A stretch of 61,069 bases of DNA, from contig JBBRLI010000018.1 in the NCBI GenBank assembly GCA_038231455.1, positions 1 to 61,069 on the forward strand, in the 5' to 3' direction. The DNA is from Vulcanimicrobiales bacterium (GTDB lineage: Bacteria > Vulcanimicrobiota > Vulcanimicrobiia > Vulcanimicrobiales > Vulcanimicrobiaceae). Below, piece after piece: positions 9,972-20,743 of the stretch; positions within the stretch are counted from its first letter, which is position 1, and each line of letters starts with the position of its first letter. The notes beneath the pieces are model-generated. The model was not told the DNA's origin. It saw only the letters and a list, made by a program, of their open reading frames with translations, and ran no database searches. The position numbers were made by a program, and so were the translations under genes.

Positions 9972-10948
9972 GCAAGGACTCCCGAGGATGCGAGCAGTTC
10001 GGTAACGGCGCGATCGATGAACGCCGATGCCTCGGGGTTCACGCCGCCGCCGGCCGCGTGACCGTACACGCCGGGAATCACGCGCAATTCCGCGTTCGGT
10101 AGATGACGTACTTCGATTTCGCTATCTTCCGGTGGAAAATAGAGATCGGTGCGGCAGGGCATAACGATGGCGCGCGCGCTGATCGCTTGGAGTGCTTTGA
10201 GCGTGTCGTTGCCGTAACGCGGATGCCGACCGACATCGGCGCTCCGCCACGTCCCGATCATCGCCATGAGATTATCGGCGTTCCCCGCCGAGAACGAATC
10301 GATGTAAAATTCTTGGACGAATGCCTCGCGCGATGTTCCGCCAAGTTCGCGCCAGTGTTCTTCACGATAGAATGTTTGCGAGAGGCCCCACGCGGCCCAA
10401 TATGCGCCGAGTGTCGGCGGACCGCCGGCAGCAAGCGCGGCTTTCGCGCCGTCGAGAAAGACGATGTTGTGTTCGGCCGTGCGCGCAGAACCGCAATACG
10501 GCGCGATGCGCTCGACCATCTCGGGATAAGCGGCACCCCAGTGAAATGCCTGTTGCGCGCCCATCGAGAAACCAATTGCAAGCGCGAGTTTCGTCACGCC
10601 AAACCGTTCGGTGAGCAGGCGATGTTGCGCGAGAATATTGTCGTAGACGCTCACGTGCGGAAAACGCGAACCATCCTGCGGCGCGGGCGTGTTGCTCGGC
10701 GATGATGAAAGTCCCGCGCCAAAGAGATTGGGGCAGACGACAAACCACCGCGCGGGATCGAGCGCCTTACCCGCGGTGATGATCCACTCGTTGTCCGCGT
10801 GCGTGCCGCCGTACGCCGTCGGAAAGACCACGGCGTTGCTGCCTTCGGCGTTAAGCGCACCGTGCGTTTTGTAAGCCAGTTTCGCGTCGCGCAACACCTC
10901 GCCGCTCTCGAGCGTAACATCTCCCAGCTCGAAGATCTCGTAATCCAT
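9968..10948 (-). CDS. Homoserine O-acetyltransferase (MetX)-like alpha/beta hydrolase
   Basis: LAYKTHGALN, SSSPSN, GFSMG nucleophile, DLYFP and GH motifs. Start ATG 10948. Confidence 0.85.
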   Translation of the reverse strand: MDYEIFELGDVTLESGEVLRDAKLAYKTHGALNAEGSNAVVFPTAYGGTHADNEWIITAGKALDPARWFVVCPNLFGAGLSSSPSNTPAPQDGSRFPHVSVYDNILAQHRLLTERFGVTKLALAIGFSMGAQQAFHWGAAYPEMVERIAPYCGSARTAEHNIVFLDGAKAALAAGGPPTLGAYWAAWGLSQTFYREEHWRELGGTSREAFVQEFYIDSFSAGNADNLMAMIGTWRSADVGRHPRYGNDTLKALQAISARAIVMPCRTDLYFPPEDSEIEVRHLPNAELRVIPGVYGHAAGGGVNPEASAFIDRAVTELLASSGVLA

Positions 10949-10993
10949 TGCGGTGTGCGGGCGGCCTCGTGCCAACGGAAACTCCTAGTCGAA

Positions 10994-12409
10994 CTAGCGC
11001 ATGAGCAGTTTGAAGAGCGCGTCGAAACGCGGACCGTACGGCGGTTCGAAGAGGCCGAGCAAATTCCGCCGTGCCTGCGCGAAGATCGGCTTCTTGTGCG
11101 AGAAGCGCTCGAAGCCGTCGCGCCCGTGGTATGCACCCATGCCGCTCGGACCGACCCCGCCGAAGGGGAGATCGTCCTGTGCAACGTGCAGCATCGTGTC
11201 GTTGAGCGTGACGCCGCCGCTGATCGTCTGCGCGATCACGCGATCGATGTCGCTCTGGCGGTCACCGAAATAGTAGAGCGCGAGGGGCCGCGGGCGCGCG
11301 TTGACGTAGGAGATCGCCTCACCGAGATCCCGGTACGTCACGATCGGCAGCAGCGGACCGAAGATCTCTTCGTTCATGACTTGCATGTCATCGGAGGCAT
11401 TGAGGATCGCTAGCGGCGGCATCGTTCGCGAGCCCGAGTCCATCTCACTCTCACGGGCGTGCAGCGGTACGATGCGCGCGCCAAGCGAGCGCGCATCATC
11501 GAGGTAGCCGCGCAGCCGCTCGAAGTGACGGTCGCTCACGATTGTCGTGTAGTCGCGGTTGCCGCGCAGCCGCGGATAGCGTCGTGCGACGACCGCCTGC
11601 GCGGCGGCGACGAATGCCGATTCGCGACCCTCGGGGATCAGCACGTAGTCCGTCGCAACGCACGTTTGCCCGGCGTTCGAACATTTGCCGGTCATGATGC
11701 GCGCGGCCGCAACGTCGATGTCGGCATCGAGGCCGATAATGGCGGGCGATTTGCCGCCGAGTTCGAGCGTCACGGGCGTCAAGTTGTCGGCCGCCGCACG
11801 CATCACCGAACGGCCGTGCAGCGTCGAGCCGGTGAAGAGCAGATGATCGAATGGCAGCGCCGAGGTCGCCTGCGCGACATCCGCCTCGCCGCCGATCACG
11901 CTAACATGGTCGCTCGCAAAGATCTCGGCGATCATCGCGGCAAACGTCGTTCCCGTTTCGGGCGCATGTTCCGATGTTTTGATCAGCACGCGATTGCCCG
12001 CGGCAAGCGCGCCCACGAGCGGGCCCGCCGCAAGCAAAATCGGGTAGTTCCATGGCGCGATAATCCCGACGACGCCGAGCGGCTGCCACACCACGCGCGC
12101 GCTTGCGGGGGCATACCATTTGGCGACGCTGCGCTTCTGCGGTGCCATCCAGGTCGCAACGTGTTGCGCAGCCACGTTCGCCGCTTCGTGCGCGAGAAAA
12201 AGTTCGAGCAGCCGTGTCTCGTGGACGGAGCGGTTGCCGAAGTCCGCGCGCACCGCGCGTTCGAGCGGCTTTTTCCATTTCCGCAAGGCGCGCGCGAGCG
12301 AGAGCAAATGCTGCTTGCGCGTGCGCGCGTCCGGCGCGGGGGCGCTTGACGCGGCGCGCAGCGCGGCGAAGCGCCCCGCCAGATCCGACTCAGTTGCGGT
12401 AGCTAGCAT
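10994..12409 (-). CDS. Aldehyde dehydrogenase, coniferyl-aldehyde dehydrogenase-like (ALDH3 class)
   Basis: PWNYP, FTGS, LELGGKSP, NAGQTC, EEIFGP and PFGGVGPSGMGAYHG motifs. Confidence 0.92.
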   Translation of the reverse strand: MLATATESDLAGRFAALRAASSAPAPDARTRKQHLLSLARALRKWKKPLERAVRADFGNRSVHETRLLELFLAHEAANVAAQHVATWMAPQKRSVAKWYAPASARVVWQPLGVVGIIAPWNYPILLAAGPLVGALAAGNRVLIKTSEHAPETGTTFAAMIAEIFASDHVSVIGGEADVAQATSALPFDHLLFTGSTLHGRSVMRAAADNLTPVTLELGGKSPAIIGLDADIDVAAARIMTGKCSNAGQTCVATDYVLIPEGRESAFVAAAQAVVARRYPRLRGNRDYTTIVSDRHFERLRGYLDDARSLGARIVPLHARESEMDSGSRTMPPLAILNASDDMQVMNEEIFGPLLPIVTYRDLGEAISYVNARPRPLALYYFGDRQSDIDRVIAQTISGGVTLNDTMLHVAQDDLPFGGVGPSGMGAYHGRDGFERFSHKKPIFAQARRNLLGLFEPPYGPRFDALFKLLMR

Positions 12410-13148
12410 CGGTTCGATCCAACATGCGGATGAGCGGATCCCACGCGAGCTGGTCGACCATCCCGCGCGTCGCGCGCGCTTGTCGGCGCACCGTTTCTTG
12501 AGCCGATTCGGAGGGATAGTGAAGCGCCGCGCCTCCGGCGAGTGTTGCGACTTGCATCGCGCACGCGCGTTCGAGGAAATACATCGTCAGAAACGTCCCG
12601 GGGATGGTCGATCCAAGCGCCAGCGTCCCGTGATTGCGCAAAATCATCACCGACTTTTCGCCAAGATCGGCAATCAGCCGCGGCCGCTCGTCCAAATTGA
12701 ACGCGATGCCTTCGTACTCGTGATAGGCGACCTGTCCGCCGACGATCATCGCTGTCTGATTGAGCGGTAAGAGGCCTGCTTCGTGCGCGGAGACGGCGAC
12801 GCCGGCGACCGTGTGCAGATGCATCACGCAATTCGCGTCGTGACGGGCCGAATGCACGGCGCTGTGAATCGTGAATCCGGCCGCGTTTGCAAGATACGCC
12901 GAAGGTTCGACGAGATTTCCCTCGCCATCGATCTTAAGCAAACTCGATGCGGTGATTTCGCAAAAGAGCATGCCGTATGGATTGATGAGGAACTGATCCG
13001 CGGAGCCCGGGATGCGCGCCGAGAGGTGCGTGAAAATCAAGTCGTCCCAGCCAAAGTGCGCGACCAAACGGTAGGCAGCCGCGAGATCGACCCGCACAGC
13101 CCATTCTTCACTTGAGACCCGCGGTCGCAGATCGGTCATCGTTTGCAT
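12390..13148 (-). CDS. Class II aldolase/adducin-family protein
   Basis: DLAAAYRL, FTHLSARIP, IHSAVH, HLHT and LRNHG motifs. Start MQTMTD at 13148; the longer ORF extension is antisense to fabH. Confidence 0.9.
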   Translation of the reverse strand: MQTMTDLRPRVSSEEWAVRVDLAAAYRLVAHFGWDDLIFTHLSARIPGSADQFLINPYGMLFCEITASSLLKIDGEGNLVEPSAYLANAAGFTIHSAVHSARHDANCVMHLHTVAGVAVSAHEAGLLPLNQTAMIVGGQVAYHEYEGIAFNLDERPRLIADLGEKSVMILRNHGTLALGSTIPGTFLTMYFLERACAMQVATLAGGAALHYPSESAQETVRRQARATRGMVDQLAWDPLIRMLDRTDASYRN

Positions 13149-13235
13149 AGCAATACTCCCACGCCTGGCCTTTGACTTGATGACGCGCGTTCCATGCGCC
13201 GAGGGAGTCGCACCAGAAAACCGGAAGCCGCAGGC

Positions 13236-14201
13236 GTGAATGCTCGTATTGCCGGCCTCGCGTCGTACGTCCCCGAAACGAAAATCACCAACGCCGATCT
13301 CGAAAAAATAGTCGAAACCAACGACGAGTGGATCGTCAGCCGCAGCGGGATCCACGAACGGCGCAAGACCGCCGAAGACGAGTTCGTCAGCCACCTGGTT
13401 ATCAAAGCCGCCGAGCGGCTTTTTGCTGACACGGGTGCCGATCCGACGGATATTCAGTACGTCATCGCCGCGACGATCACGGGCGACTACGGTTTTCCAA
13501 GCGTTGCAACGCTCGTGCAGAATCGCTTCAAGTTTCAGAACGCCGGCGCGATCGATCTTGGCGCCGGTTGCGCGGGTTTCGTCTACGGGCTCGACGTTGC
13601 CGATGCGCTCATCGGCGCTGGTCGCGCGAAAAAAGTGCTGCTCGTCGCGGGCGAGACGCTTACGAAAATCACCAACTACGACGACCGCACCACATGCGTG
13701 CTGTTCGGCGATGGCGCCGGCGCCGTGTTGCTCGAAGCGGTCGATGCGCCCTCGATGATTCGCGCGCGACGTGTCGGCAGCGACGGCTCGGGTGGACATT
13801 TTCTCTATCAGACGGGGCTGCGACGTGAAATCGGCGGCAAAACCGTCGAGCATGCATTCTTGCACCAGGATGGCCGCGACGTCTATCGCTGGGCCGTCGA
13901 ACGCGTCTCGAGCGGCGTCGCCGAACTCCTCGGCAAAGCCGGACTGACGGCGGATCAAATCGATTGGTTCGTGCCGCACAGCGCCAACTTGCGCATCATC
14001 GAATCGGTCTGTAAACGCACCGGCATCCCGCTCGAACGGACCCTCACGAGTTTGGAATATTACGGCAATACCTCATCGGCGACGATCCCGCTGGCCCTCG
14101 ATCCGGCGATCGCCGACGGTCGTGTCAAACGCGGCCAAAACGTGCTCGTCTATGGCTTCGGAGCCGGACTCGTTGACGCGGCCATGATTCTGCGCTTCTA
14201 G
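13236..14201 (+). CDS. fabH: 3-oxoacyl-ACP synthase III
   Basis: AGCAGF (Cys), PHSAN (His), YGNTSSA (Asn), LFGDGAGA and GFGAG motifs. GTG start. Confidence 0.93.
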   Translation: MNARIAGLASYVPETKITNADLEKIVETNDEWIVSRSGIHERRKTAEDEFVSHLVIKAAERLFADTGADPTDIQYVIAATITGDYGFPSVATLVQNRFKFQNAGAIDLGAGCAGFVYGLDVADALIGAGRAKKVLLVAGETLTKITNYDDRTTCVLFGDGAGAVLLEAVDAPSMIRARRVGSDGSGGHFLYQTGLRREIGGKTVEHAFLHQDGRDVYRWAVERVSSGVAELLGKAGLTADQIDWFVPHSANLRIIESVCKRTGIPLERTLTSLEYYGNTSSATIPLALDPAIADGRVKRGQNVLVYGFGAGLVDAAMILRF

Positions 14202-14290
14202 CCGTCCGAATCGAACCGTCGCCAGGACGGTTACTTTAGAGGGGCATCACGCAGATGCGCTAAGGACGGGGGTTCGGAGGTTTTTTCGAC

Positions 14291-16093
14291 ATGCCGCACG
14301 TGCGCCTGGCAGCCGTCGCGATCCTCGCTCTGCTCCCGCTTGCGATTGTTTCCGCTTGCTCGGGCGGTGGAAGTGGAAACCGTGCCGCTCCGGTGACTGC
14401 AACGCCCCAAAACGCGACGCTCGTGCTTCAATTCAGCGTCCCTGCGCGCGTCGCAAGCGCGAGCGGACGGCGCGTTTCTTACGTGTCGACGGCAACGGCG
14501 TCGTTTGGTATTTTCATCGCCCCGACGGCTGCCCTCTTACCGACGTTGCCGACGGCGAGCGTCGATGTCGGTCCGAACTGCACGCCGAGCGGCGGCGGTC
14601 AGACGTGTTCCACGACGGTGACGGTCCCAACCGGGAGCGTCGTCGTGAACGTTCGGGCGTACGCGGGCAGCCACGCTACGGGCGCGATTCTCGGTGCCGG
14701 AACCACGACGGTAACCATCTACGCAAATGCAGTAAATCACGTTGCACTCGCGCTGACCGGCATCGTTGGCTCGATCGACCTCACCTTTGCGACGCCAAGC
14801 GCCATCATCCCGGTCGCGATTGCAAGTGCGACGCCGGCGCCGATTGGCGTCACCGTAACGGCGCGCGACCTTGCGGGGGTCGCCGTCGTTGGCGCGTATG
14901 CGGATGCTAGCGGCGTACCATTAACGATTACCTTGAGCGCTTCGGGTGGCGCGCAGTTCTCGCTTGCCAACCTGAGCGCGGCGACGAGCGGCATCATGCT
15001 CGATATCAGTGCGGTGAATGCGGCAACCGTCGCGATCTCCGCGAGCGCCGGCGCGATACCCGTTACGACGCCAGCTCCGCTCACGTTTACCTATACGGCC
15101 GCCGGTGTCGTGTCGACGTTTGCCGGCACCGCCGGATCGTCCGGTTCGAACGACGGCAATCACGCGACGGCGCACTTCATGCACCCCGGCGGCATCGCGG
15201 TCGATGCGGCGCACGCGGTGTACGTTGCCGATGTTGACAACGACGAAGTACGCAAGATCGCGACGGACGGCACCGTGACGACGGTCGCCGGCGCACCGCA
15301 ACACTCCGGCAACCAAGACGGCAATGGTTCGAACGCGCACTTCAGCGCGCCAACCGGCGTCGCCGCCGACTCAATCTCAAACGCCATCTATGTCGCCGAC
15401 GGGAGTAACGGCGCGATCCGGAAGATCGCCTCCGACGGGACCGTAACGACGATCGCCGGACTCTCGATGACGTACGGTGATTCCGATGGAATGGGTGCGA
15501 GCGCGCGCTTTACGTACCCCGCCGCGATCGCCACCGATGCACTCGGGAATCTGTACGTCGCGGATTCGATGCGCCATACGATCCGCAAGATCACCACCAC
15601 CGGTAGCGTGAGCACGCTCGCCGGAATACCGGGGTCGCAAGGATGGGCCGATGGCACGGGCGCCTCCGCGCTCTTCAACGCACCCTCCGCACTCGTCGTC
15701 GATTCGCACGGCAACGTGTACGTTGCGGACAGCAGTAACGACCTCATCCGTAAGATCACATCGGCGGGTACCGTCAGCACGCTTGCGGGCGTTCGCAACT
15801 GTTCGAACTACGTCGATGGGCCTGGAACGATCGCGTGTTTCGACGATCCCGCCGGCATCACGATCGATTCGTCGAACAACCTTTACGTCGCCGACACCGG
15901 CAATAACGTCATTCGCAAAGTCTCGCCAAGCGGTTTTGTCACAACGCTTGCGGGATTCGGCCGCCACGCGGGTTCGAGCGACGGAACGGGAGCCGTCGCG
16001 CGCCTCGACGGCCCGACGGGAATCGCGTTTGACGCAAACGGAACGCTCTACGTGAGCGACCGCAACAACCATATCCTACGCGTGATCCGTTAG
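14291..16093 (+). CDS. Lipoprotein with C-terminal six-bladed NHL-repeat beta-propeller
   Basis: SACSGGG lipobox, Thr/Ala/Val-rich beta region, six ~55-aa repeats VxTxAG...DG...F..P.GI..D..G..YVAD..N..IRKI. Confidence 0.88.
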   Translation: MPHVRLAAVAILALLPLAIVSACSGGGSGNRAAPVTATPQNATLVLQFSVPARVASASGRRVSYVSTATASFGIFIAPTAALLPTLPTASVDVGPNCTPSGGGQTCSTTVTVPTGSVVVNVRAYAGSHATGAILGAGTTTVTIYANAVNHVALALTGIVGSIDLTFATPSAIIPVAIASATPAPIGVTVTARDLAGVAVVGAYADASGVPLTITLSASGGAQFSLANLSAATSGIMLDISAVNAATVAISASAGAIPVTTPAPLTFTYTAAGVVSTFAGTAGSSGSNDGNHATAHFMHPGGIAVDAAHAVYVADVDNDEVRKIATDGTVTTVAGAPQHSGNQDGNGSNAHFSAPTGVAADSISNAIYVADGSNGAIRKIASDGTVTTIAGLSMTYGDSDGMGASARFTYPAAIATDALGNLYVADSMRHTIRKITTTGSVSTLAGIPGSQGWADGTGASALFNAPSALVVDSHGNVYVADSSNDLIRKITSAGTVSTLAGVRNCSNYVDGPGTIACFDDPAGITIDSSNNLYVADTGNNVIRKVSPSGFVTTLAGFGRHAGSSDGTGAVARLDGPTGIAFDANGTLYVSDRNNHILRVIR

Positions 16094-16116
16094 CGCCGCC
16101 GTCGGATCGCCGACTA

Positions 16117-17388
16117 TTACGGCTTCTTGTAGATGCGGCCGTTTTTCATCACGAAGCGAACGCTGCGTAGCGTATGAATATCCGTCGTCGGGTCGCCGTC
16201 GACGGCGATGAGATCGGCAAAGAGTCCGGGCTTGACCGCACCGATCTTGTCTTGCATTCGTAGCACGCGCGCGTCGACCGACGTTGCGGCCTTGAGCGCA
16301 GCGATCGGCGTCATCCCGTAGTCGACGAGGAGCTCGAGCTCGCGAGCGTTCTCCCCGTGGGCGAACACGCCGACGTCGCTGCCGCTGGCAATCGTGACAC
16401 CGGCTGCGAGCGCTGCTTTGAACGACGCGCGCTTCTTCGCAATCGCCGGCGGATCGGGGTCGCCCGCTTTCCATCCGCGGTAGTGCGTGATCGCATCGCT
16501 GGCGGCGAGCGTCGGGCAGAGTGCGGTGTGATGTTGTGCCATGAGCGCGAAGATTTCGGGCGTGCCGTCGTTGCCGTGTTCGATCGTATCGAAACCGGCA
16601 AGAATCGCGCGCTTCATTCCTTCGGGAGTGGAGGCATGCGCTGCGGCGGGGCGGCCGCTCGAATGGGCGAGTTCGGCGATGAGATTCATCTCGGCTTGCG
16701 TAAAGGTGGGCATGTTCTCGCCGCGGGGTCCGTACCCGTAATCGGCATACACTTTGATCCAATCGGCGCCGCGACGCATTTGGTCGCGCACGACGCGCGT
16801 GAGCGAATCGATGCCATCGGCTTCTTCGGCGCCTTGCGGGACGTCGATCTCAGCGCCGAAACCTTTGGGACCATACGTTCCCGTCGCGACGATGGCCTTG
16901 GTCACAACGATCATGCGCGGACCGTCGATAATGCCTTTCTCGATTGCCTGCTTGATGCCGACATCGGCATAGCCCGCGCCCTCGGTGCCAAGATCCCGCA
17001 GCGTCGTAAACCCCGCCATCAGCGTTGCTTTGACGGCGACCGTCGCGCGCGCAACGCGTAGCGATTCGGATTCGCGCAGCACCTGGTCGTTCCACGGCGT
17101 TTGATCGTACGGATAGAGCAGCACGTGCGAATGCGCGTCGATCAAGCCGGGCAGCAGCGTCGATTGCGGGAGTGCGATCGTCGTTGCGTCGCTCGGCACA
17201 CTGAGGGTCGCGCGCGGTCCGGCGGCCGCAATCGTCGTGCCGTTCACGACGACGATCCAATCACGGTGAAGCACCTCGCCGTCGAAGACGGCGGCGGGTT
17301 GCAGAACGTACGTTGTCTCCACGATCGCTTTCGCTGGGAGGGGGACGAACGCGAGCGTCGCGACGATCGCGAGCACGCGTGCAAGCAC
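16117..17388 (-). CDS. Exported metal-dependent amidohydrolase (Xaa-Pro dipeptidase-like)
   Basis: Signal peptide; [20 protein letters not shown] and GSD motifs. Confidence 0.9.
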   Translation of the reverse strand: MLARVLAIVATLAFVPLPAKAIVETTYVLQPAAVFDGEVLHRDWIVVVNGTTIAAAGPRATLSVPSDATTIALPQSTLLPGLIDAHSHVLLYPYDQTPWNDQVLRESESLRVARATVAVKATLMAGFTTLRDLGTEGAGYADVGIKQAIEKGIIDGPRMIVVTKAIVATGTYGPKGFGAEIDVPQGAEEADGIDSLTRVVRDQMRRGADWIKVYADYGYGPRGENMPTFTQAEMNLIAELAHSSGRPAAAHASTPEGMKRAILAGFDTIEHGNDGTPEIFALMAQHHTALCPTLAASDAITHYRGWKAGDPDPPAIAKKRASFKAALAAGVTIASGSDVGVFAHGENARELELLVDYGMTPIAALKAATSVDARVLRMQDKIGAVKPGLFADLIAVDGDPTTDIHTLRSVRFVMKNGRIYKKP

Positions 17389-17393
17389 CGTAA

Positions 17394-18113
17394 CTATACG
17401 GCGATCTCGCTAAGTCCCATGAGGGTCCGAATTTTCTGCGTGTCCGCCGCGAGCTCCGCTGCGGGGCCATGAAAGACGATGCGTCCTTCATCGAGCACGT
17501 ATGCGCGATCGGCGACTTTGAGCGCGAGCAGCGCGTTCTGCTCGACGAGCAACACCGAGACGCCGCTGGCTTTGAGGCCGCCGATGATGTGATAGACTTC
17601 CTCGACGATGAGCGGCGCGAGCCCCTGCGAGGGTTCATCGACGAGCATCAGCGTGGGATTCGAAACGAGCGCGCGCCCGATCGCGAGCATCTCCTGTTCG
17701 CCGCCGGAGAGTCGCCCGGATTTGCGCGCGCGCAGTTCGTGTAATTTCGGCAAATGTTCCCACACTTTGGCGATCGACCACGACCCTTCGCGACCGTTCT
17801 CGGCAAGTTGGAGATTCTCGAGGACCGTGCAGTCCTTGAACATGCGCCGGCCTTCGGGGACGTAGCCGATTCCAAGACGCGCGATCTGATATGCCGCCAT
17901 GCCGATGAGTTCGCGCCCCCCAAATCGGATCGAACCCGCACGCGCTTTCGTCATGCCCAAAATGCTGCGCATCGTCGTCGTTTTACCGGCACCGTTGAGG
18001 CCGAGCAGCGCAACGACCTCGCCACGCTCCACGGTCAACGAAATCTCGTGAAGGATCTCGCTCTTGCCATAATTGGTGTAGATCTTGTCGATCGCGAGCA
18101 GCGGCTCAGACAT
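17394..18113 (-). CDS. livF: LIV-type ABC transporter ATP-binding protein
   Basis: [14 protein letters not shown] and DEPSQGLAP motifs. Confidence 0.92.
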   Translation of the reverse strand: MSEPLLAIDKIYTNYGKSEILHEISLTVERGEVVALLGLNGAGKTTTMRSILGMTKARAGSIRFGGRELIGMAAYQIARLGIGYVPEGRRMFKDCTVLENLQLAENGREGSWSIAKVWEHLPKLHELRARKSGRLSGGEQEMLAIGRALVSNPTLMLVDEPSQGLAPLIVEEVYHIIGGLKASGVSVLLVEQNALLALKVADRAYVLDEGRIVFHGPAAELAADTQKIRTLMGLSEIAV

Positions 18114-18873
18114 GATCGATCACTTCTTTCCCAAGATACGCTTCGCGTACGACGCTATTTGCAGAGATTTCGGCGGGCGTTCCTTCGGCGAGCATCGCCC
18201 CCCGATCGAGCACCGTAATACGATGCGCGAGTCCCAAGACGACGCGCATGTTATGTTCGACGAAGACGACGGTGAGGCCGAGTCGATCGTGGAGATCGCG
18301 GATCACGCCGACGATGCGCTCGGTTTCGGCTTCCGCAAGGCCCGCCATCGGCTCATCGAGCAGCACGAGTTTGGGCTGCATCGCAAGGCTCATCGCAATC
18401 TCGCATAGCCGCTGGCTCCCGTGCGAGAGTTCGGCGACGGGTCGATCTTTGAATGCGGTGAGATTGACAAAGTGCAAGAGTTCGTCGATGCGTGCGTTCA
18501 TGGCGTTACGCGCCGTCGCGCTAGGCGGCGCAAGGCGGAAGGCCATCTTCGCTTGGCTTTGCGTGCCGATGAGTAAATTGTCGTAGACGGAGAGTTCGGG
18601 GAAGATACTGGGCGTTTGGAACGTACGGCTCATGCCAAGCTCGATCCGCTTCCAGTTGATCATTTTGGTAACGTCGTGCCCGTCGAACGTGACCGTTCCG
18701 GCATCGGGAAAATAGAAGCCGGAGAGCGTGTTGAAAAACGTCGTCTTCCCCGCGCCGTTTGGTCCGATCACGGCGTGAATCGAACCGGCTTCGATCGAAA
18801 TCGAGACGTCGTTCACGGCTTTCACCCCGCCGAAATGTTTTTCGATGCCGCGCGCCTCGAGCAAATTAGCCAT
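18106..18873 (-). CDS. livG: LIV-type ABC transporter ATP-binding protein
   Basis: GPNGAGKT, LSHG, DEPMAG, VEHN and C-terminal AYLG motifs. Confidence 0.92.
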   Translation of the reverse strand: MANLLEARGIEKHFGGVKAVNDVSISIEAGSIHAVIGPNGAGKTTFFNTLSGFYFPDAGTVTFDGHDVTKMINWKRIELGMSRTFQTPSIFPELSVYDNLLIGTQSQAKMAFRLAPPSATARNAMNARIDELLHFVNLTAFKDRPVAELSHGSQRLCEIAMSLAMQPKLVLLDEPMAGLAEAETERIVGVIRDLHDRLGLTVVFVEHNMRVVLGLAHRITVLDRGAMLAEGTPAEISANSVVREAYLGKEVIDHV

Positions 18874-19861
18874 GCGGTTCCACCACCACCGCCTGAGCAG
18901 CCGAGCTCGGTGCGGGCGGCACCACGCGCCGCGCTTCGAACGCGGCGAAGATCGATCCGAGAATGCCTTTTGGAAAACCTAAGACGCATGCGATAAAGAG
19001 CGCACCGATGTAGATCTGCCACAGCGGTGTGACCGATGAAAGCACGTCCTTGCCGATGACAAAGATGAGGGCGCCGATCATTGGTCCCCAGATCGTCCCC
19101 GCTCCACCAATCACGGTCATGAGCACGAAGTCACCGGACTGGTGCCAATCGAGTAGCAACGGTGAGACGTTGCTCAAGAGTAGCCCGAAGAGCGTGCCGC
19201 CAAGTCCGGCTAGCGTCGCCGAGACGATCAGCGCGACGAAAATAAAACGGTCGGTATTTAAGCCGAGATACCGAACGCGCAATTCGTTCTGCCGAATCGC
19301 CTGCAGCGTTTTGCCGAACGGGGAGCGCACGACGATCCAGAATGTCCCGAGCGCCAGCGCCAGTGCCGCGAGGCTGACGTAGTAGAACGCGTGATCGTCC
19401 ACTTTGTAATTCAAAAATCCAACCAGAGGCCGAATCACGGTCATGCCATCCTCACCGCCGGTGACATCGGTGAAACGATAAGCAATGAAGTAGAATACTT
19501 GTCCCAAAGCGATCGTGAGCAACGAAAAATAGATGCCGCGCCGACGTAAGAGAAACGGCCCAAGCACCACCCCGCCAAGAAACGCAAGCGCGACGCCGGC
19601 AACGATCGAGAGCACGAAATCGGTGTGGAAATACTTGATCGAGAGCAGCGCGCCGTACGCGCCAAGTCCAAAGAACGCGGCGTTGCCGAACGCGTTTATT
19701 CCGGTGTATCCGACGAGGAGGTTGACGCTCATCGCCGCGATGCCAATCAGAAAGACCTCGGTGATCGTTGAGATCTCCAGCCCGATGTTGACGAACGGAA
19801 GAGCAGCGAACACGACAAGAAGGAGGCACGAAACGACGACGCCGCGGTTACTTGCGATCAT
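18866..19861 (-). CDS. livM: LIV-type ABC transporter permease
   Basis: Polytopic membrane protein; TGGEDG, SPFGKTLQAIRQNE and IGGAGT motifs. Confidence 0.9.
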   Translation of the reverse strand: MIASNRGVVVSCLLLVVFAALPFVNIGLEISTITEVFLIGIAAMSVNLLVGYTGINAFGNAAFFGLGAYGALLSIKYFHTDFVLSIVAGVALAFLGGVVLGPFLLRRRGIYFSLLTIALGQVFYFIAYRFTDVTGGEDGMTVIRPLVGFLNYKVDDHAFYYVSLAALALALGTFWIVVRSPFGKTLQAIRQNELRVRYLGLNTDRFIFVALIVSATLAGLGGTLFGLLLSNVSPLLLDWHQSGDFVLMTVIGGAGTIWGPMIGALIFVIGKDVLSSVTPLWQIYIGALFIACVLGFPKGILGSIFAAFEARRVVPPAPSSAAQAVVVEPHG

Positions 19862-20727
19862 CCGAAGAGCCCCTCTTCCCCGAAAAGGCCTCGCGGTCTG
19901 ATCATCAGGACCAGCGCCATCAAGATGTAGATCGAGACTTCATTGAACGCGGGAAAGTACAGCGTGACCATCGAGAAAACCACGCCGATGAGCAGACCGC
20001 CCACGATCGAGCCTAAGAGACTGCCCATGCCGCCGATGATGACCGCGACGAACGCCGGCAACAAAAGCGCGTTCCCGGTGGTGGGATTTAATCCGAGCAT
20101 CCCCGCTGCAAGTACGCCGGCCACACCGGCAAGAAAAATGCCAAGTCCGAAGTTTACCATGTAGAGGACTTGCGTGTTCGTGCCAAGTGCCGCGATCATT
20201 TCGCTGTCCTGAACGGCGGCGCGCAACTGTAACCCGAATTTCGTGCGCCGCAAGAAGTACACCAGCGCCGATATTGCGATGATAAGAACGAAGGCGATGA
20301 AGAGCCGATAAGCGGGAAACTGCATGAAACCGAGCGGCACCGTACCGGCTAAAATCGCCGGCGGCTGGAAGGGTACGCCATTCGCACCCCACGTTAAATG
20401 AAAGACTTCCTCAGCGATCAGCGAGAGGCCGAACGTGAGCAACAGTCCGTAAATCGGCAAGCGCCCGTAGAGCGGGCGAATCATCGTCCGTTCTACGAGA
20501 ATGCCGACGGCAACCGTCATGAGTGGCGCTAAAATGAGCGCCACCCAAAACGACGTGCCGTGCGAGACCAGGGTGAACGCGAGATACCCGGCGAGCGTAA
20601 GGAACGCACCGTGCGCCATGTTGATGGTTCCGGTGAGATTCATGATCAACGAGAGTCCGATGGCCACGATCGCGTAAAACGCGCCGAGGATCAGGCCGTT
20701 GAAGAGCTGCGGTGCGATTTGTTCCAA
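19858..20727 (-). CDS. livH: LIV-type ABC transporter permease
   Basis: NGLILGAFY...INMAHG, GLQLRA, IIGGMGS and RPRGLFG motifs. Confidence 0.92.
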   Translation of the reverse strand: MEQIAPQLFNGLILGAFYAIVAIGLSLIMNLTGTINMAHGAFLTLAGYLAFTLVSHGTSFWVALILAPLMTVAVGILVERTMIRPLYGRLPIYGLLLTFGLSLIAEEVFHLTWGANGVPFQPPAILAGTVPLGFMQFPAYRLFIAFVLIIAISALVYFLRRTKFGLQLRAAVQDSEMIAALGTNTQVLYMVNFGLGIFLAGVAGVLAAGMLGLNPTTGNALLLPAFVAVIIGGMGSLLGSIVGGLLIGVVFSMVTLYFPAFNEVSIYILMALVLMIRPRGLFGEEGLFG

Positions 20728-20743
20728 ACGCTTATCCCTTCGG

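Noticed and set aside
12390-13979. Apparent 529-aa aldolase fusion
   Set aside because: The first 277 codons are the antisense of fabH; the real gene starts at 13148. The same artefact extends ORFs at 4641, 25101-26651, 40232-41644, 43232 and 53610-54548.
14214-14236. Hairpin AACCGTC-N5-GACGGTT after fabH
   Set aside because: The U-tract is weak, so it cannot be called a terminator with confidence.
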